64,000 nt of DNA from Chiloscyllium plagiosum (lineage: Eukaryota), in contig NC_057757.1 in the NCBI RefSeq assembly GCF_004010195.1, positions 2,123,940 to 2,187,939 of the forward strand. Direction: 5' to 3'. Positions 1-11,718 of the stretch are shown here, one piece after another; the stretch's first letter is position 1, and every line of letters starts with the position of its first letter. Position numbers and translations under genes: made by a program. The notes under the pieces are model-generated. The model was given only the letters and a program-made list of their open reading frames with translations. It had not been told where the DNA came from and did no database searches.

Positions 1-135
1 CCTCTAGCTTATCTCTCCACGCTTCAGGCTCGCTGCCTTTATTCCTGATGAAGGGCTTTTGCCTGAAATGTCGATTTTGAAGCTCCTCGGATGCTGCCTG
101 AACTGCTGTGCTCTTCCAGCACCATTGATCCAGAG
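1..135 (+). mobile_element. 3' end (pLTR) of a Penelope-like element with a minimal hammerhead motif
   Basis: CTGATGA at 45-51, extra A, GGGC-TTTT-GCCT stem, GAAA at 65-68, then TGTC; followed by the ggatgctgcctga...ttccagcacca tail shared with copies at 37190, 54100 and 56550. Confidence 0.7.
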
Positions 136-943
136 CGACCTGACATCGTTTGTTTGTAGTGGGGTGCATCCCAAGTCTTAACCTTATGAAAACAACTTCA
201 GGAAGCTGCATTTACATAGCGTCAGAACTATTCCTACAGTGCCCCCTCTCGCCCAAACAAAATGGACACTTTCGAGAAACACATCACGGTGAAAGCTTGG
301 TCAGGGAGGTCGATTTTTAGGACAAGTCTTCGAGGAGGAAAGAGGAGAGAGAAAAGTTGAGGAATTCTAGGAACTAAATGTGGAAGTTATTCCTCCAAAC
401 CCTCTCCCATCAGCTGAGGAGGTGGTGGAGCAACAAAGATCTGGAGCCCTTGGTGGGCAGTAAGGCTGGAAGACAAATCTAAAAGGCAGAGTCCCTTAGA
501 TTCTGCTCTGTAATTGCAACACAGATGCTTTACTTTGCATTCTCACCCCTGTCAACCTCTCACACACCAAATCCCTGGATGCTTAAATTGATACAACAGA
601 GGAGGATGCATGCATGCCCTTCCTTTTCAGGTGACAATTTTCTTTCAAATGTGTCAATTGAACCTTCCACTACCATACCCTGAGGTGATTCATTCCAGAT
701 CCTAAACTTACTGCATGAAAAAATGTATCAAGTCTCCATTACTTCTTTAGCTAATTACCTTGAACCTTTGTCCTGTCATTCCCAATTCTTCCATCAACAG
801 GTACAATCTTGGGATATCTGGTCAGCATGGATGGGTTGGACCGAAAGGTCTGTTCCTGTGCTGTACATCTCTATCACTCTTCCAGGAACCCTTTAACAAT
901 TCTCCTCCAGACCTGTTTTTCTACAAGAAAAAGAGATTTGACT

Positions 944-1243
944 GCATGGTGGCTCAGTGATTGGCACTGCTACCTCAAAGCGCCAGGGCATCTGGGTTCA
1001 ATCTCACCCTTGGGTGAGTGTCTGCATGGGTTTCTTCTGGGTGCTCTGGTTTCCTCTAACAATCCAAAGAATTGCAGGTCAGATGGTTGGCCATGCTAAA
1101 TTGCTCATAGTGTCCAGGGATGTTCAGGCTAGGTGGATAATAACCCCATGTGAGGTCATGGGATTGGTATCTGATGGGATGCTCTTCGGAGGGTCAGTGC
1201 AGACTCAATGAGCGTCTTACTGCACTGTAAGAATTTGGTGTTC
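944..1243 (+). mobile_element. HE1-like tRNA-derived SINE (diverged)
   Basis: tRNA-like head with A box (tggctcagtga) and B box (ggttcaatc), body ttggccatgctaaattg; similar to the intact copy at 61762. Confidence 0.75.
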
Positions 1244-1829
1244 TGCAATCTAGCTACGTGTCTGAAGTTCTCATCTTAGGAACTGTTCTCAGTAAACATT
1301 TTCTGCACTTCCTCTAGTGTTTCCTGATGTGTGATCTCAATGCATTGCTTCAGTTGAGACCAAACTAGGTGTTTTAAGTTGCATTGTGTGCAATTTTTTG
1401 AAAGCCTAGAGGAAAAATGCCTATAAAATAAAATATCCTTTATTGAGAAATGAAGGCTGTTGGTAACTGGGTTAATTGAACTTGGTTGGAGTCTGGACAT
1501 GGACATCTGAGCAGCCAAATCAGAGCACCCTCAGTGGCCATGGATGACAATTCACTGCATTCTCAGATTCAATTCAGAAAGTGCAGGTCCCCTCACATAA
1601 AACCCAGGCCTTTTAAAGTTCTGAAGGGTCACTTTCGCTGAAATGTTACCCTTATTTCTCTCCACAGATGTTGCCTGACCTGCTGAGTTTTTCCAGCAAG
1701 TGCTGTCAAGGGCTTATTCATTTGATGTGTTGTTTCGATTGTGGAACATGAAACCTCAAAGCCTTATTAATGTCTCTTGGCAGATTCAGAGGTATGTTTT
1801 GAGGAAATAATAAAGGCACATGATCATAA

Positions 1830-2532
1830 TGTTATGAAAGTGTAAGGGATACTGTACCTTTAAGGGAGTTAAAAGCTAGCAGAACTACCTGGTAGCACCA
1901 AGTGTTCTGAACAAGATATAATGTAACCTTTTCGTCCAGCAGCTAGGGTAGCTGGTTGCCTAGAGACAAAAACAAATTCGAATTAGGCCAATCAGTTTAA
2001 ATTATACCCTCCCCCCAAAAAAACAAACTCCAATAGAGTTTAAATTTAGTATATTAACAATGTTAAAAGCCAATGGCACAATCCGATGTTTTGGAGGTGT
2101 AAGACTGGGGAAAATTGAACAATTGAGGGAGAACTGCAAAAAGACCAACAGGTGGAGGCTGCCAGTAAGAACCCTCAGAGATACCTGTTGAGAGAAGGAG
2201 TTTGCACAGAGGAAAAACGTCGACACTGACCTGGAGAGAAACTCTACAGAGGAAGATAAGACAGCTGACTGATTTTGAAATTTGAATTTTGGTAAATCTT
2301 AATCAGGGGTTTTATTGGACTAGTATTATAGAAGGAAAGTAAAAGATAGGTTAGAGGACGGAATTGTAAATAGTTGTTAATTAATTTTCTGTTATACTTC
2401 TATAAATAAAGGTGTTAATTTTTGCTTTAAATAGTTCTTGGCCCCTCGAATTTTCACAGATTACTGCACACAATAAATTTTTCTATGTTGCAGGTTCAAA
2501 TTAAGCAGGAGGGTTTATTCCGTGTTGTAACA
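1830..2532 (+). mobile_element. Solo LTR (LTR retrotransposon or ERV), 703 bp
   Basis: Starts TGTTATGA and ends TTGTAACA (TG..CA, inverted TGTTA/TAACA); 4-bp TSD ATAA at 1826-1829 and 2533-2536; internal CCAAT boxes and AATAAA at 2405-2410. Confidence 0.8.
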
Positions 2533-2549
2533 ATAATGTTTTCTGCGCA

Positions 2550-2880
2550 ACATGAGGGGTATGGATAAGGCAAATGGCGGGTGTCTTTTTTTAATGGTGG
2601 GGGACTAGGAGTATATGTTTAAGGTGAGAGGAGAAAAATTTGCAACGGATGAAAGAGGCAACTTTTTTTTTACACACAGTGTGGTTCATGTGTGGAATAA
2701 ACTTCCACAGTAAGTAGCAGATGCAGATACAGTTACATCATTTAAAAGTAAGTACATGAATAGGAACAATTTGGAGGGATATGGGCCAAGTGCAGGCAGG
2801 TGGGACTAGTTTAGTTTGGGATTATGGTTGGCATGAACTTGTTGGACTGAAGGGTCTGTTTAGTGCTCTGTGACTCTACA
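2550..2880 (+). mobile_element. CR1 LINE 3' fragment
   Basis: Typical CR1 3' end (atgaggggtatggataagg...gaagggtctgtt...tgactcta) repeated throughout the window. Confidence 0.7.
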
Positions 2881-3073
2881 ATTGAAATTCAGGTTATGTT
2901 GGGATGGGTGAGTGGGAGGACAGGAGAAAAAAAATCAAATTAAAACCTTAGTGGATGGCAGATTAGGCTTAACTGGCCAAATTACAAGTTAATTACCCTA
3001 TTATTCAACGGCCACATTCAAAGAAGTCCAATAATGTTTAAAATATAACATATTCAGAATAAAAGTCACTAGA

Positions 3074-3248
3074 AAGGGCAGTGTTTGTCACTGGCCACCC
3101 GGGTGTTTTCCTATCTTCCTGGTGGTGGAAATTGAATAAAGATTCGTGCACTTTGTGTCTTTCACTGTGTCTCACACCTGCACACACACACTATGGGTGC
3201 TGGGGAAAAAAAAAGAATGAGCACTAAAAAAAAAGAAAAAAAAACAAA
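3074..3248 (+). mobile_element. Short poly(A)-tailed retroposed insertion (L1/Tx1-type 3' end)
   Basis: 13-bp TSD AAAAGTCACTAGA at 3061-3073 and 3249-3261; internal AATAAA and an A-rich tail. Confidence 0.75.
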
Positions 3249-3534
3249 AAAAGTCACTAGACTCAAAACAGTAATAGTTTATTTCCCCACAGATGCTACC
3301 AGACTTGCAAACTTTAATCCTTTTGGGACTGAGTTCCACATTATCCCTAGACTCTGGGTAAAAAGTTTTTCCCACATTCCCTATTGGATTTACTGGTGAC
3401 CACCTTACATCTGTGGCACAAAATACAATATAAAAGTTTAACAAAAAAAAAGTTAATTGCAAGGTTTACAAAGATAGAAAGGAAGGCTGTGATTGCCCAG
3501 AATAAAATGCTGACTGTTAATCTTCGACAAAGAA

Positions 3535-5075
3535 ACAAAAAAATCACAACACCAGGTTATAGTCTAACTAGTTACCTGATGAAAGAGCAGCACTCTGAAA
3601 GTTAGGAGAACGTGAGGACTGCAGATCCTGGATATCAGAGTCAAAAGCATCATCACATTCCTAAAGAAGACCTTATGCTCGAAACATTGATTCTCCTGCT
3701 CTCGGATGCTGCCTGACCGACTGTGTTTTTCCAGCACCACACTTTTTGGCACTGAAAGCCAGAATTTCCAAATAAACCTGTTGGACTATAACCTGGTGTT
3801 GTGCAACTTTTAACTTTGTCCATCCCAGGCCAAGTGTTCTGTTGCCTGCCACTTCAACAGAACATCATATTCCCTATCAGTGAAACTATCAGATGAAAGG
3901 CTTAACAGACAATCAATTCTTCAATGTATAATTTCAGTTACATCACACTGCAAATTTTTGCTATAAATTCTGTGTTACGATTGAGCCCTCCACAATCACC
4001 TGATGAAGGAGTGTCGCTTCGAAAGCTAGTGTGCTTCCAATTAAACCTGTTGGACTATAACCTGGTGTTGTGTGATTTTTAACATCATATTCCCTAGCTA
4101 ACATCTGTCTCAGGGGCTTGCTGCAGTGCTCCAGCAAAGCAAAGCTCAAGCCGGAAGAACAGCACCTAATTTTCTCCTCGACGACCGATCAGCTCTCAGG
4201 ACCTAATATTGAGTTCATAGAAACATAGAAATTAGATGCAGGAGTAGGCCATTCAGCCCTTCGAGCCTGCACCACCATTCAGTATGATCATAGCTGATCA
4301 TGCTATTTCAGTATCCCATTCCCGCTATACCCCTAGATCCTTTCAGCTGCAAGAGCCATGTCAAACTCCTTCTTGACTATAATCGAATTGGCCCCAACAG
4401 CTTTCTGTGCGAGAGAATTCCACAGGTTCACAACTCTCTCTGAGTGAAGAAATTCTTCCTCATCTCAGTTCCCTCATTCTTAGTCCTTGATCCCTAGTTC
4501 CAGACCTCCCCAACATCAGGAACATTCTTCACACATCTAACTTGTCCAGTCCCATCAGGATTTTATATGTTTCTATGAGATCCCCCTTTATTCTTCTAAA
4601 TTCCAGCAAGTACAAGCCCAGTCGATCCAGTCTTTCATTGTCCGTTAGTCCTGCCATCCCAGGATTTGTGATAGGTCTGGGTGGGTTGCTCTTTGGAGGG
4701 TTGGTGTGGAGTTGTTGGGCCGAAGGGCCTGTTTCCATACTGTAGGAAATCTAATCTAACTGCAACATGACATCCCTACTCTTATACTCAAGCCAGGTTC
4801 AACAATTTTAGGGCCCTAGCACCTTGTCCCATGTCCTTACCCCAACCCACACATACACCAGGCCTTGTCATCTCATGGTCTACTACCACAAACCATCCCA
4901 ATGTCAACCATTCATGGTCCCCATTAGCAACTATTGATTCTCCCAGCTTGACAATTACCCCAGTCCTGGGGCTCCAAACCTTTCCTACAATCAGTTCTGA
5001 AGAAAAGCCACTGGACCTGAAAGGTTAATTCTGTTTTTACCTCCCCCTCCACATGCGCTGCTGAGTTTCTCCAGC
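3535..5075 (+). mobile_element. Cluster of nested Penelope-like fragments interrupted by a CR1/SINE insertion
   Basis: PLE endonuclease C-terminal-like remnant (EEQHLIF...PNIEF) at about 4130-4216, resuming near 4797; inner element 3877-4080 flanked by 16-bp TSD AACATCATATTCCCTA; antisense CR1 3' end at about 4217-4790. Confidence 0.6.
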
Positions 5076-5440
5076 AGGGCTACTACGCAAGCGCAGTGAC
5101 GACCGGCCGTTGTTCCGGGGAGACAGCGGTTGGCTGCGCGGGTCAGGCCACGTGCGGGCGGTTGGTCAGCGGCGCGGGAAATTCAAAACACGTCACAGTG
5201 CCGGGGGCGGAGCCGCTGCCATGACAGCCAGACCGGGGTGCGAGCGGCGTGAGTACTGAAAATGGCGCTAGGCCCCAAAAAGCTCAAGAGGCCAAAAATA
5301 AACGGCGAGTCTTGCGGCCGGTGGCAATGGGTACGCTGAGTGGCTCGGATACAGGCGGACCAACGGTGGTCTGGGGAAATTGGTGAACTTGATTGTGGTT
5401 CAGGTACGGGGTGGGGTCGGGAAATGGCGGACAGATGGAT
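5050..5440. promoter_or_regulatory. CpG-island promoter and first exon of the TMEM217-like gene
   Basis: Sharp CpG enrichment; E-box CACGTG (~5149), GGCGCGGGAAATTCAAA (E2F/CDE plus CHR, ~5171-5187), CACGTCAC, YY1-like AAAATGGCG (~5260) and AAATGGCGG (~5422); donor GGC|GTGAGT at 5249. Confidence 0.75.
5221..5248 (+). CDS. Putative upstream coding exon of the TMEM217-like gene (MTARPGCER, phase 1)
   Basis: GCCATGA start context, 28 nt to a GTGAGT donor; splicing to the ttcag| acceptor at 7685 is in frame with the ATG at 7711. Confidence 0.5.
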
Positions 5441-6340
5441 ACATTGTGATCGGAGTAATGGTGGGTTGAGGGGGGGGAACAGGTGGACCAATAGTGGTTG
5501 AGCACGGAAGGACCTATGCTAGTTGGGCCAATGGTGGCTTGACGATACAGGTGGTCCAATGGTGGCTTGGCGATACAGGTGGTCCAATGGTGGCTTGGCG
5601 ATACAGGTGGGTCAATGGTGGCTTGGCGATACAGGTGGGTCAATGGTGGCTTGGCGATACAGGTGGGCCAATGGTGGTTTGGTGATACAGTTGGGTTAAT
5701 GGTGGCTTGGCGATACAGGTGGGTCAATGGTGGCTTGGCGATACAGGTGGTCCAATGGTGGCTTGGCGATACAGGTGGGTCAATGGTGGCTTGGCGATAC
5801 AGTTGGGTTAATGGTGGCTTGGCGATACAGGTGGGCCAATGGTGGCTTGGCGATACAGGTGGGTTAATGGTGGCTTGGCTACAGGTGGGTCAATGGTGGC
5901 TTGGCGATACAGGTGGTCCAATGGTGGCTTGGCGATACAGGTGGGCCAATGGTGGTTTGGTGATACAAGGGGGCTGAAAATGTGTTGCTGGAAAAGCACA
6001 GCAGGTCAGGCAGCATCCAAGGAGCAGGAGAATCGATGTTTCGGGCATGAGTCCTTCTTCTGGAATCTGAAGAACCTGATACAAGGGGGACCAATGGTGC
6101 CTTGGCTACAGATGGACCAATGGTGCTTTGGTGATACAGGTGGACCAATGGTGGTTTGGTGATACAGGTGGACCAATGTTGATTTGGGGGTGGCGGTGGT
6201 ATAGGTGGACCATAGTGCTTTGAGAGGTACATGTGAATGAATGGTGGTTGAACACAGGTGTACCAATGACACTTTTGGGGCAGGTTGATCAATGGTAGTT
6301 TGGGTACAGGTGGACCAGTGATGGTTTGGACTTAGGTGTT
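5357..6340. repeat. 28/29-bp minisatellite (CAATGGTGGCTTGGCGATACAGGTGG[G]TC)n
   Basis: Homogeneous core at about 5525-5970 with degenerate units on both flanks; interrupted at 5974-6076 by a PLE-tail fragment. Confidence 0.9.
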
Positions 6341-7710
6341 TATGAAGTAGATGGGTTGCTAATCAAATGCATTGATTTGTCCTGGATCGTCTGAAGCCTT
6401 GACTGTTGTTGGAGCTGTATCTTTTCCAAGTAATTGGAGAGTATTCCATCATATCTCTGACTTGAGCCCTGTAGATAGCTCCAGGCACAGGGGGTTGGAG
6501 GGGGGAATATTTTAACCTTTGCAAGTTTGAAGGATATCTGCATTCTCATTAATTTTAGAGATTGTTGCATAATTAGAAATTGAAGGGAAAATCTGGTCTA
6601 TTTACAAATTTTAAGAGGTATACAAGAATGAGAATATCTGGACTCTTCATAGAGTTGTGTTTTTTGAGATGTCTAGACTAACAGTAATTTTCCTTGGATT
6701 TTATAATTTGAAGCATAAGAGGGTTATTAATAGTTCAATGAATGATAGGACTTTTGGAGGAACTTGGAAACTTTGTTTTCGGGTACGAAGTCTGTGAAAA
6801 ATGTGGATCTGTGGCTTTATGTATTCTATTTATTCATCTGAGGATATCTGGAATATTAGGTTTCGAATTGACCTTAAGTATTCCTAATTTGGGAGATAGA
6901 CCATTTTTAGATTTGTTGGACCTTCATTTTTTTTTTGTGTTTGTAAATCTTCTGACTGTTAAAGCATTGAGTTGTAGACAGACATGGTGCATTGTAGGCT
7001 GTTTGCAAAGCAGAAAAAAGTGACCGAAAGCTATATCACATTTTCTCCTTCCTATATATATTGCTTTCCCTCTTCCCCTCTGCTCAAGGTCAGTTCAGGA
7101 ATAATTACAAGACAAACCATCCCACTTATCACAATCGTTTATCCTCCATACATGACCCTTTCATCTTACCCTATTGACATGCCCTTATATTGCTTTCTCC
7201 TATAAGTACTCCTGTAGCTTCCTCTGAAAACTTATGCTACTTGGCTCAACTCCTCCTTGTGGGACTGAGTTCCACATTTTCCCCACTCTCTGGATAAAGA
7301 TATTTCTCCTAACACATCTCAATCTTCTAAAGGAAAGAGAAAAGCCCCCTTGTCCCCAAACTGATTAATTTCTTTCCTCAGATCCACCAGTGGTCAAATG
7401 CCTGACTGTGAAGGATCCTATTGCCCATCTCTTTATTCTTTGTTGAATTCCAATAATTTAAACAACTATTTATAGTAAATTGAGTCGGCTTGGGTAGTGA
7501 CATGTCATTTAAAAGGAGGAATTTTACAGATTTTGTACCAGATTGGATTTGTTCCAGATCTGGAGAAACTAGGAAAGAGGAATTCCTGATTGTACCAATG
7601 TTTATTGTAAAATCTGTTGCAGTGAACTATTTGTCTTGCTTCACGATCCAATTTGCTGAAAAAAAGAAGTCCCTCAACTTTCAGAAGGATGTACAGCACC
7701 AAGAAACGAA

Positions 7711-8292
7711 ATGCTGAACATTCGTAGCTTGCGCGCCAGATTTAGAAAACTGATAACTGGAGAAGTGTGTGGGTTGAACGCCAAAGAAGGAAGTATTGTG
7801 GCCGGACTGTTCATGTTGATGGTATCCATCATGCAGCTCACCTTTGAATCAGGGCATTTTCGTTACTTGAGGCCTGTGACTACTCCTGGCTCCATGAATC
7901 AAATTTCCAGACTTCAAATATACTGCATCATATCAATTATATTTGTCTTTTTCACTCTGATCGCAGTTATTGTCTTGTTCCTATCTATCTGGAAGGAGAT
8001 ATTCTGGGGAGTAGTAGGCTACATCGTTTGGATATTCTTATATGAGATTGTACAGATAAGCCTCCTGAGTTTGTCACTACCTGAGCAAGGTTTGTTCCCA
8101 AAAAGCGTGCAAGTGTTAGAATGGTTTGGGCTCATCATGCGTCTGCTTTCGCACATTTTCTGGATGATTTTTGTGACTGCACATGCAATAGACTTGTACA
8201 AAATCATCAGGAACACTGATGATCCCATGAAAAACAAGCGGAAGACTCCACCGAAGCTCAAATTTGCAAAGGTCAAGGAGCTGGGTGTGTAA
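7711..8292 (+). CDS. TMEM217: Transmembrane protein 217-like (about 4 TM segments), 193-aa uninterrupted ORF
   Basis: Motifs CGLNAKEGSIVAGLF, LTFESGHF, YIVWIFLYE and WFGLIMRLLSHIFWMIFV match remembered human TMEM217 (CGMTAKMGTVLSGVF, LIFEQKHL, YIVWIFFYE, WFGLVSRTVMHCFWMFFV); could be a paralog. Confidence 0.85.
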   Translation: MLNIRSLRARFRKLITGEVCGLNAKEGSIVAGLFMLMVSIMQLTFESGHFRYLRPVTTPGSMNQISRLQIYCIISIIFVFFTLIAVIVLFLSIWKEIFWGVVGYIVWIFLYEIVQISLLSLSLPEQGLFPKSVQVLEWFGLIMRLLSHIFWMIFVTAHAIDLYKIIRNTDDPMKNKRKTPPKLKFAKVKELGV

Positions 8293-8471
8293 ACTTGCCC
8301 CACAGTCTGTATTGTCGAGTGACAGTCCTTCTTTGACAAAGAAACGTTCCTCCAAGTCATACTGGGCTTCCTCCAGACAGTCGTCCCACAGACAGCGAAG
8401 GCTTGGTCCGCTCCTTTACGTTGAAACTTGACACAATGGCATTTTTACAGAAAGGTTAAATCTGCAATTAC

Positions 8472-8760
8472 AATAAATGCCCAGGATTTTAACCTATGGT
8501 GGATTATTGGGATGCTTACTAAATATGTTAAAATATGTGTAAATATGAATGTATATTATATATTTTACAGCACACTCCAGAACGATAAGGGTACAATATA
8601 TTTTTGATTTTTTTTAAAATACTGTACTGATTGAAACATTTGTATATAACTCCAGTTGATTGTAAAGACTAATTGTACCCCTTTTAAAAAAATTAAGTTG
8701 TTACAATTAATAATTCTTATTAAAAAGTTAACATTTTGGTTAGTTCTGTCTTTTAGTTTG
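8472..8760 (+). terminator. Candidate polyadenylation signals of the TMEM217-like gene
   Basis: AATAAA at 8472-8477; ATTAAA at 8719-8724 followed by a GT/T-rich tract. Confidence 0.5.
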
Positions 8761-9967
8761 TTTATAAATGGAGCATTAGCTCCTAGATTGCCCAGATGGT
8801 AATGTCAGCAAAGGAATAACTGCTTGCAGTAACATTGTACTAAGAGCAACTGAGTCATAAATAGTGTAATAGAGCATGAAATCCAAGAAAGTATGCTAAA
8901 TTAAGTATATTGAGTCTGATTCTGGGCAGTACACTTTACGAGCGATGTCAAGACCTTAGGGAAGATATCCACTAGGGAAGGGTGGCTTCAGTGACGTAGA
9001 AAGATTTAAGTAGCTGGGATTGTTCTCCTGAGAACGTGAACAGTTCAGGCAAAATTGAATAGAAGTGTTTGAAGTCATGGATGTGGGTAGATAAATTCTT
9101 TCCAACGGCAAGATATCACAGGACGTGGAATAACTTTAATTGCAAATGGAAACAGAGAGGGCAGTGATTGTTACCTTTAGTGCAGCAAGTTTTGCTTATC
9201 TGGAAAACGCTGTCTGAAAGGGCGGTGGAAATAAATTCAATTGCAAATTTCAAAAGAGGATTGAATAAATACTGAAAGGGAAAAGAAGTTGCAGGACCAT
9301 GCCAAGAAAGAAGAACGAGGGGTGGTTAACTGTATCGCTCTTCTAATGACTTAGTAGAGGCAACATGAGACATAGAGATGAATGGGGAGGGGTGTGTTGC
9401 TGAGACTGGGTGATTGGCCGTGGCTAAATATGTCTGCTGTCAATAAATTGCATCAAGACAGGATCAAATTAAATTAGTCAGAGACCTCACACAATTAAGG
9501 TTCACACTGATCCTGCTGTAATTCAGATCTGTATGAAGCCATGTGCCAACTTTGCCTGGTTAAACCAAAGGATCAGCATGATTTTAAAATTCACAGACAG
9601 CCTTTTTTGATCTTTCAGCAAGACATCTGCTCCCACTCTAAACCATGCTGATGTGAATTAGTATTATAGAATTATAAAATAGTTACAGCACAGCCTTTTG
9701 GCCCACCTGCCCGCATGAGCACAACTCATTTTGTCTCACTTGCCACCCTCTTCTCCATAGTTTTGCAAATTTCTTTTAAAGCTTTTCTGGTGTTATTTTC
9801 CACCGACAGCAGAAGGCTGTAATCTCATTAAATCTTGAGTTAATTAGCTTGTAGTAAAAATATCCAGGATGTCCAACTTTTACTTATGTCTGACATTCTA
9901 TAAGAACCATCTCAAATCAGAACAACATTGCTCTTTTTAATTTATATTTAACTGTAAACACCAACAT

Positions 9968-9973
9968 TTTATT
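9968..9973 (-). terminator. Candidate poly(A) signal of the APRIL-like gene
   Basis: First AATAAA I found on - downstream of the stop at 12088; ATTAAA variants at about 10121 and 10219. Confidence 0.35.
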
Positions 9974-10784
9974 GTCCTACAAAACCTAGGAATTGGCATA
10001 TCTGTGCCACAGTGATGGAACAAAGAAAGTAACACTGATATATCAAGAAATGTCAACACAGAATTAGCAACTAGTACAGGAAAAGTTCACTGGAGAGATG
10101 GAATTCCTCAGACGGTCATTTTTAATGGTTCTGATTCTATTAATTGCTTTGTGGAATTATAACTCATTTTCAGGTCATGGCTATATGCCAAACCAGTCAA
10201 AATGTGACAGGGTCTTTGTTTAATTTAAATTCTGATTTCAGAACATTGTTTGTAGGGAGCAGTAATGTTTTAGTAATGGCAGGATAACTGGGAGAAATCT
10301 GCTGTTTGATTGGGTGATCCTATCAGCTGGCAAGGAACGGGGAGGGTGACTCAAATGCAGGATTTTTCAATCATTGTACTCTTTGTCCAGAGCTTCCAAT
10401 GGCTAGGATCACCAATTCAGTGTTGGATTTACAATCAAGTATTTGTTTTCATTTGTGAAAATTAATTGGAATTGTTTAGCATGGGTATATGCCCTGCTAA
10501 TGTCCCTACCTCTGAACTAGAAGTCCCACCTACTCGAGGTGTGTCATACATCTCTGAACAGGTTGATTAAAAATATCTATACTCTTACACCAATTCAAAT
10601 TGGGTACAGGAGTTAGTAAACCAAGATAGACCTGCATTTATATAGCTCTTTTGACAACCAGTGGATATCCCAAAGTGCTTCACAGCCAATATCGTCATCA
10701 TTGAGATATCGTCATCATTGCAATGGAATCATGGTGGACAGTTTGCACACAGCAAGTTCCCACAAACAGCAATGTGGTGAATTA

Positions 10785-11092
10785 TAGAATCGCTACAGTG
10801 TGGAAGCAGGCCATTCAACCCATCTAGTTCATACAGACCGTCCGAACAGCATGCCACCCACCCTTCCCCTATCCCTGTAACCCTGCATTTCCTACGCTTA
10901 ATCTGCACATCCCTTGACACTGTGGGCAATTTAACACGGCCAATTTACCTGACCTCCATGTCTTTGGACTGTGGGAAGAAACCCACGCAGACACAGAAAG
11001 AATGTGCAAATTTCACATAAACAGTCGCCCGAGGCTGGAATTGAACCCTGGTCCCTTGCGCCGTAAGATAGCAGTGCTAGCCAGTGCCACCC
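10785..11092 (-). mobile_element. HE1-like SINE nested in an older Deu-domain-type SINE (about 10630-11340)
   Basis: Reverse-complement SINE head (ggaattgaaccc...gcagtgctagccagtgccacc); flanks (tttgcacacagcaagttcccacaaacagcaatg) resemble SacSINE1/AmnSINE1-type sequence. Confidence 0.65.
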
Positions 11093-11718
11093 CTGGTGAT
11101 GACCAGATCACCCGTTTTTGTGATGTTGACTGAGGAATAAATATTGGCCAGGTCAATAGGGATTTCTCCCCTGCTCTTAGTAAAAGTAGTGTTGTGGGAT
11201 CTTTTACGTCAAACCAAACCTGGGTTGAATGTCTCATTGGAAAATCAGTACCACCAACTGAGCCACAATCTAAGTATTGACAGCTTGAGTTTTATGTTCA
11301 AGCCCTACGTAAATTCAAACACAGAATCTTGTGACTCAAAGGTAAAAATCCTACCAAAAGTTGTGATCTCTGTGTTAAGGTTCTTAAGAAACCAAAAGTT
11401 ATACAGCCGAGGTGGTTTGGAAGAGAATTCCCAAGAAATGTGTGCAGATAGAATGAGCCACATATCAGAGGAAGAGGAAAACATGGTGTGTGCGGAGAGG
11501 ACATCTCTGGATGTAATTTCACAATTGGCAATGGAACAGGTTGGAGGGACTGCGTATTTCTCCCCAGTTGGGGAGATAAGGACAAAAAGGGACAAAAAAT
11601 CCAAATCACAAGAGCTTGGGGGAGCCAGCAGAGTTTGAGATGAAAAAACACAAAATGAGCTCAAAGTGCATGATGGCTGCTGCTGGGGAAGATGTCAGGT
11701 GATGGATAGCCCCTCTGG

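Noticed and set aside
5183..6292. Many overlapping long ORFs with repeated WRYRW/HLYRQAT motifs; superficially CRISPR-like 28/29-bp repeats
   Set aside because: Head-to-tail minisatellite with no unique spacers, in a vertebrate context; the ORFs are repeat artefacts
11144..11638. 164-aa ORF on +
   Set aside because: Begins in a SINE remnant, has no recognisable domain, and lies in the antisense 3' UTR region of the APRIL-like gene
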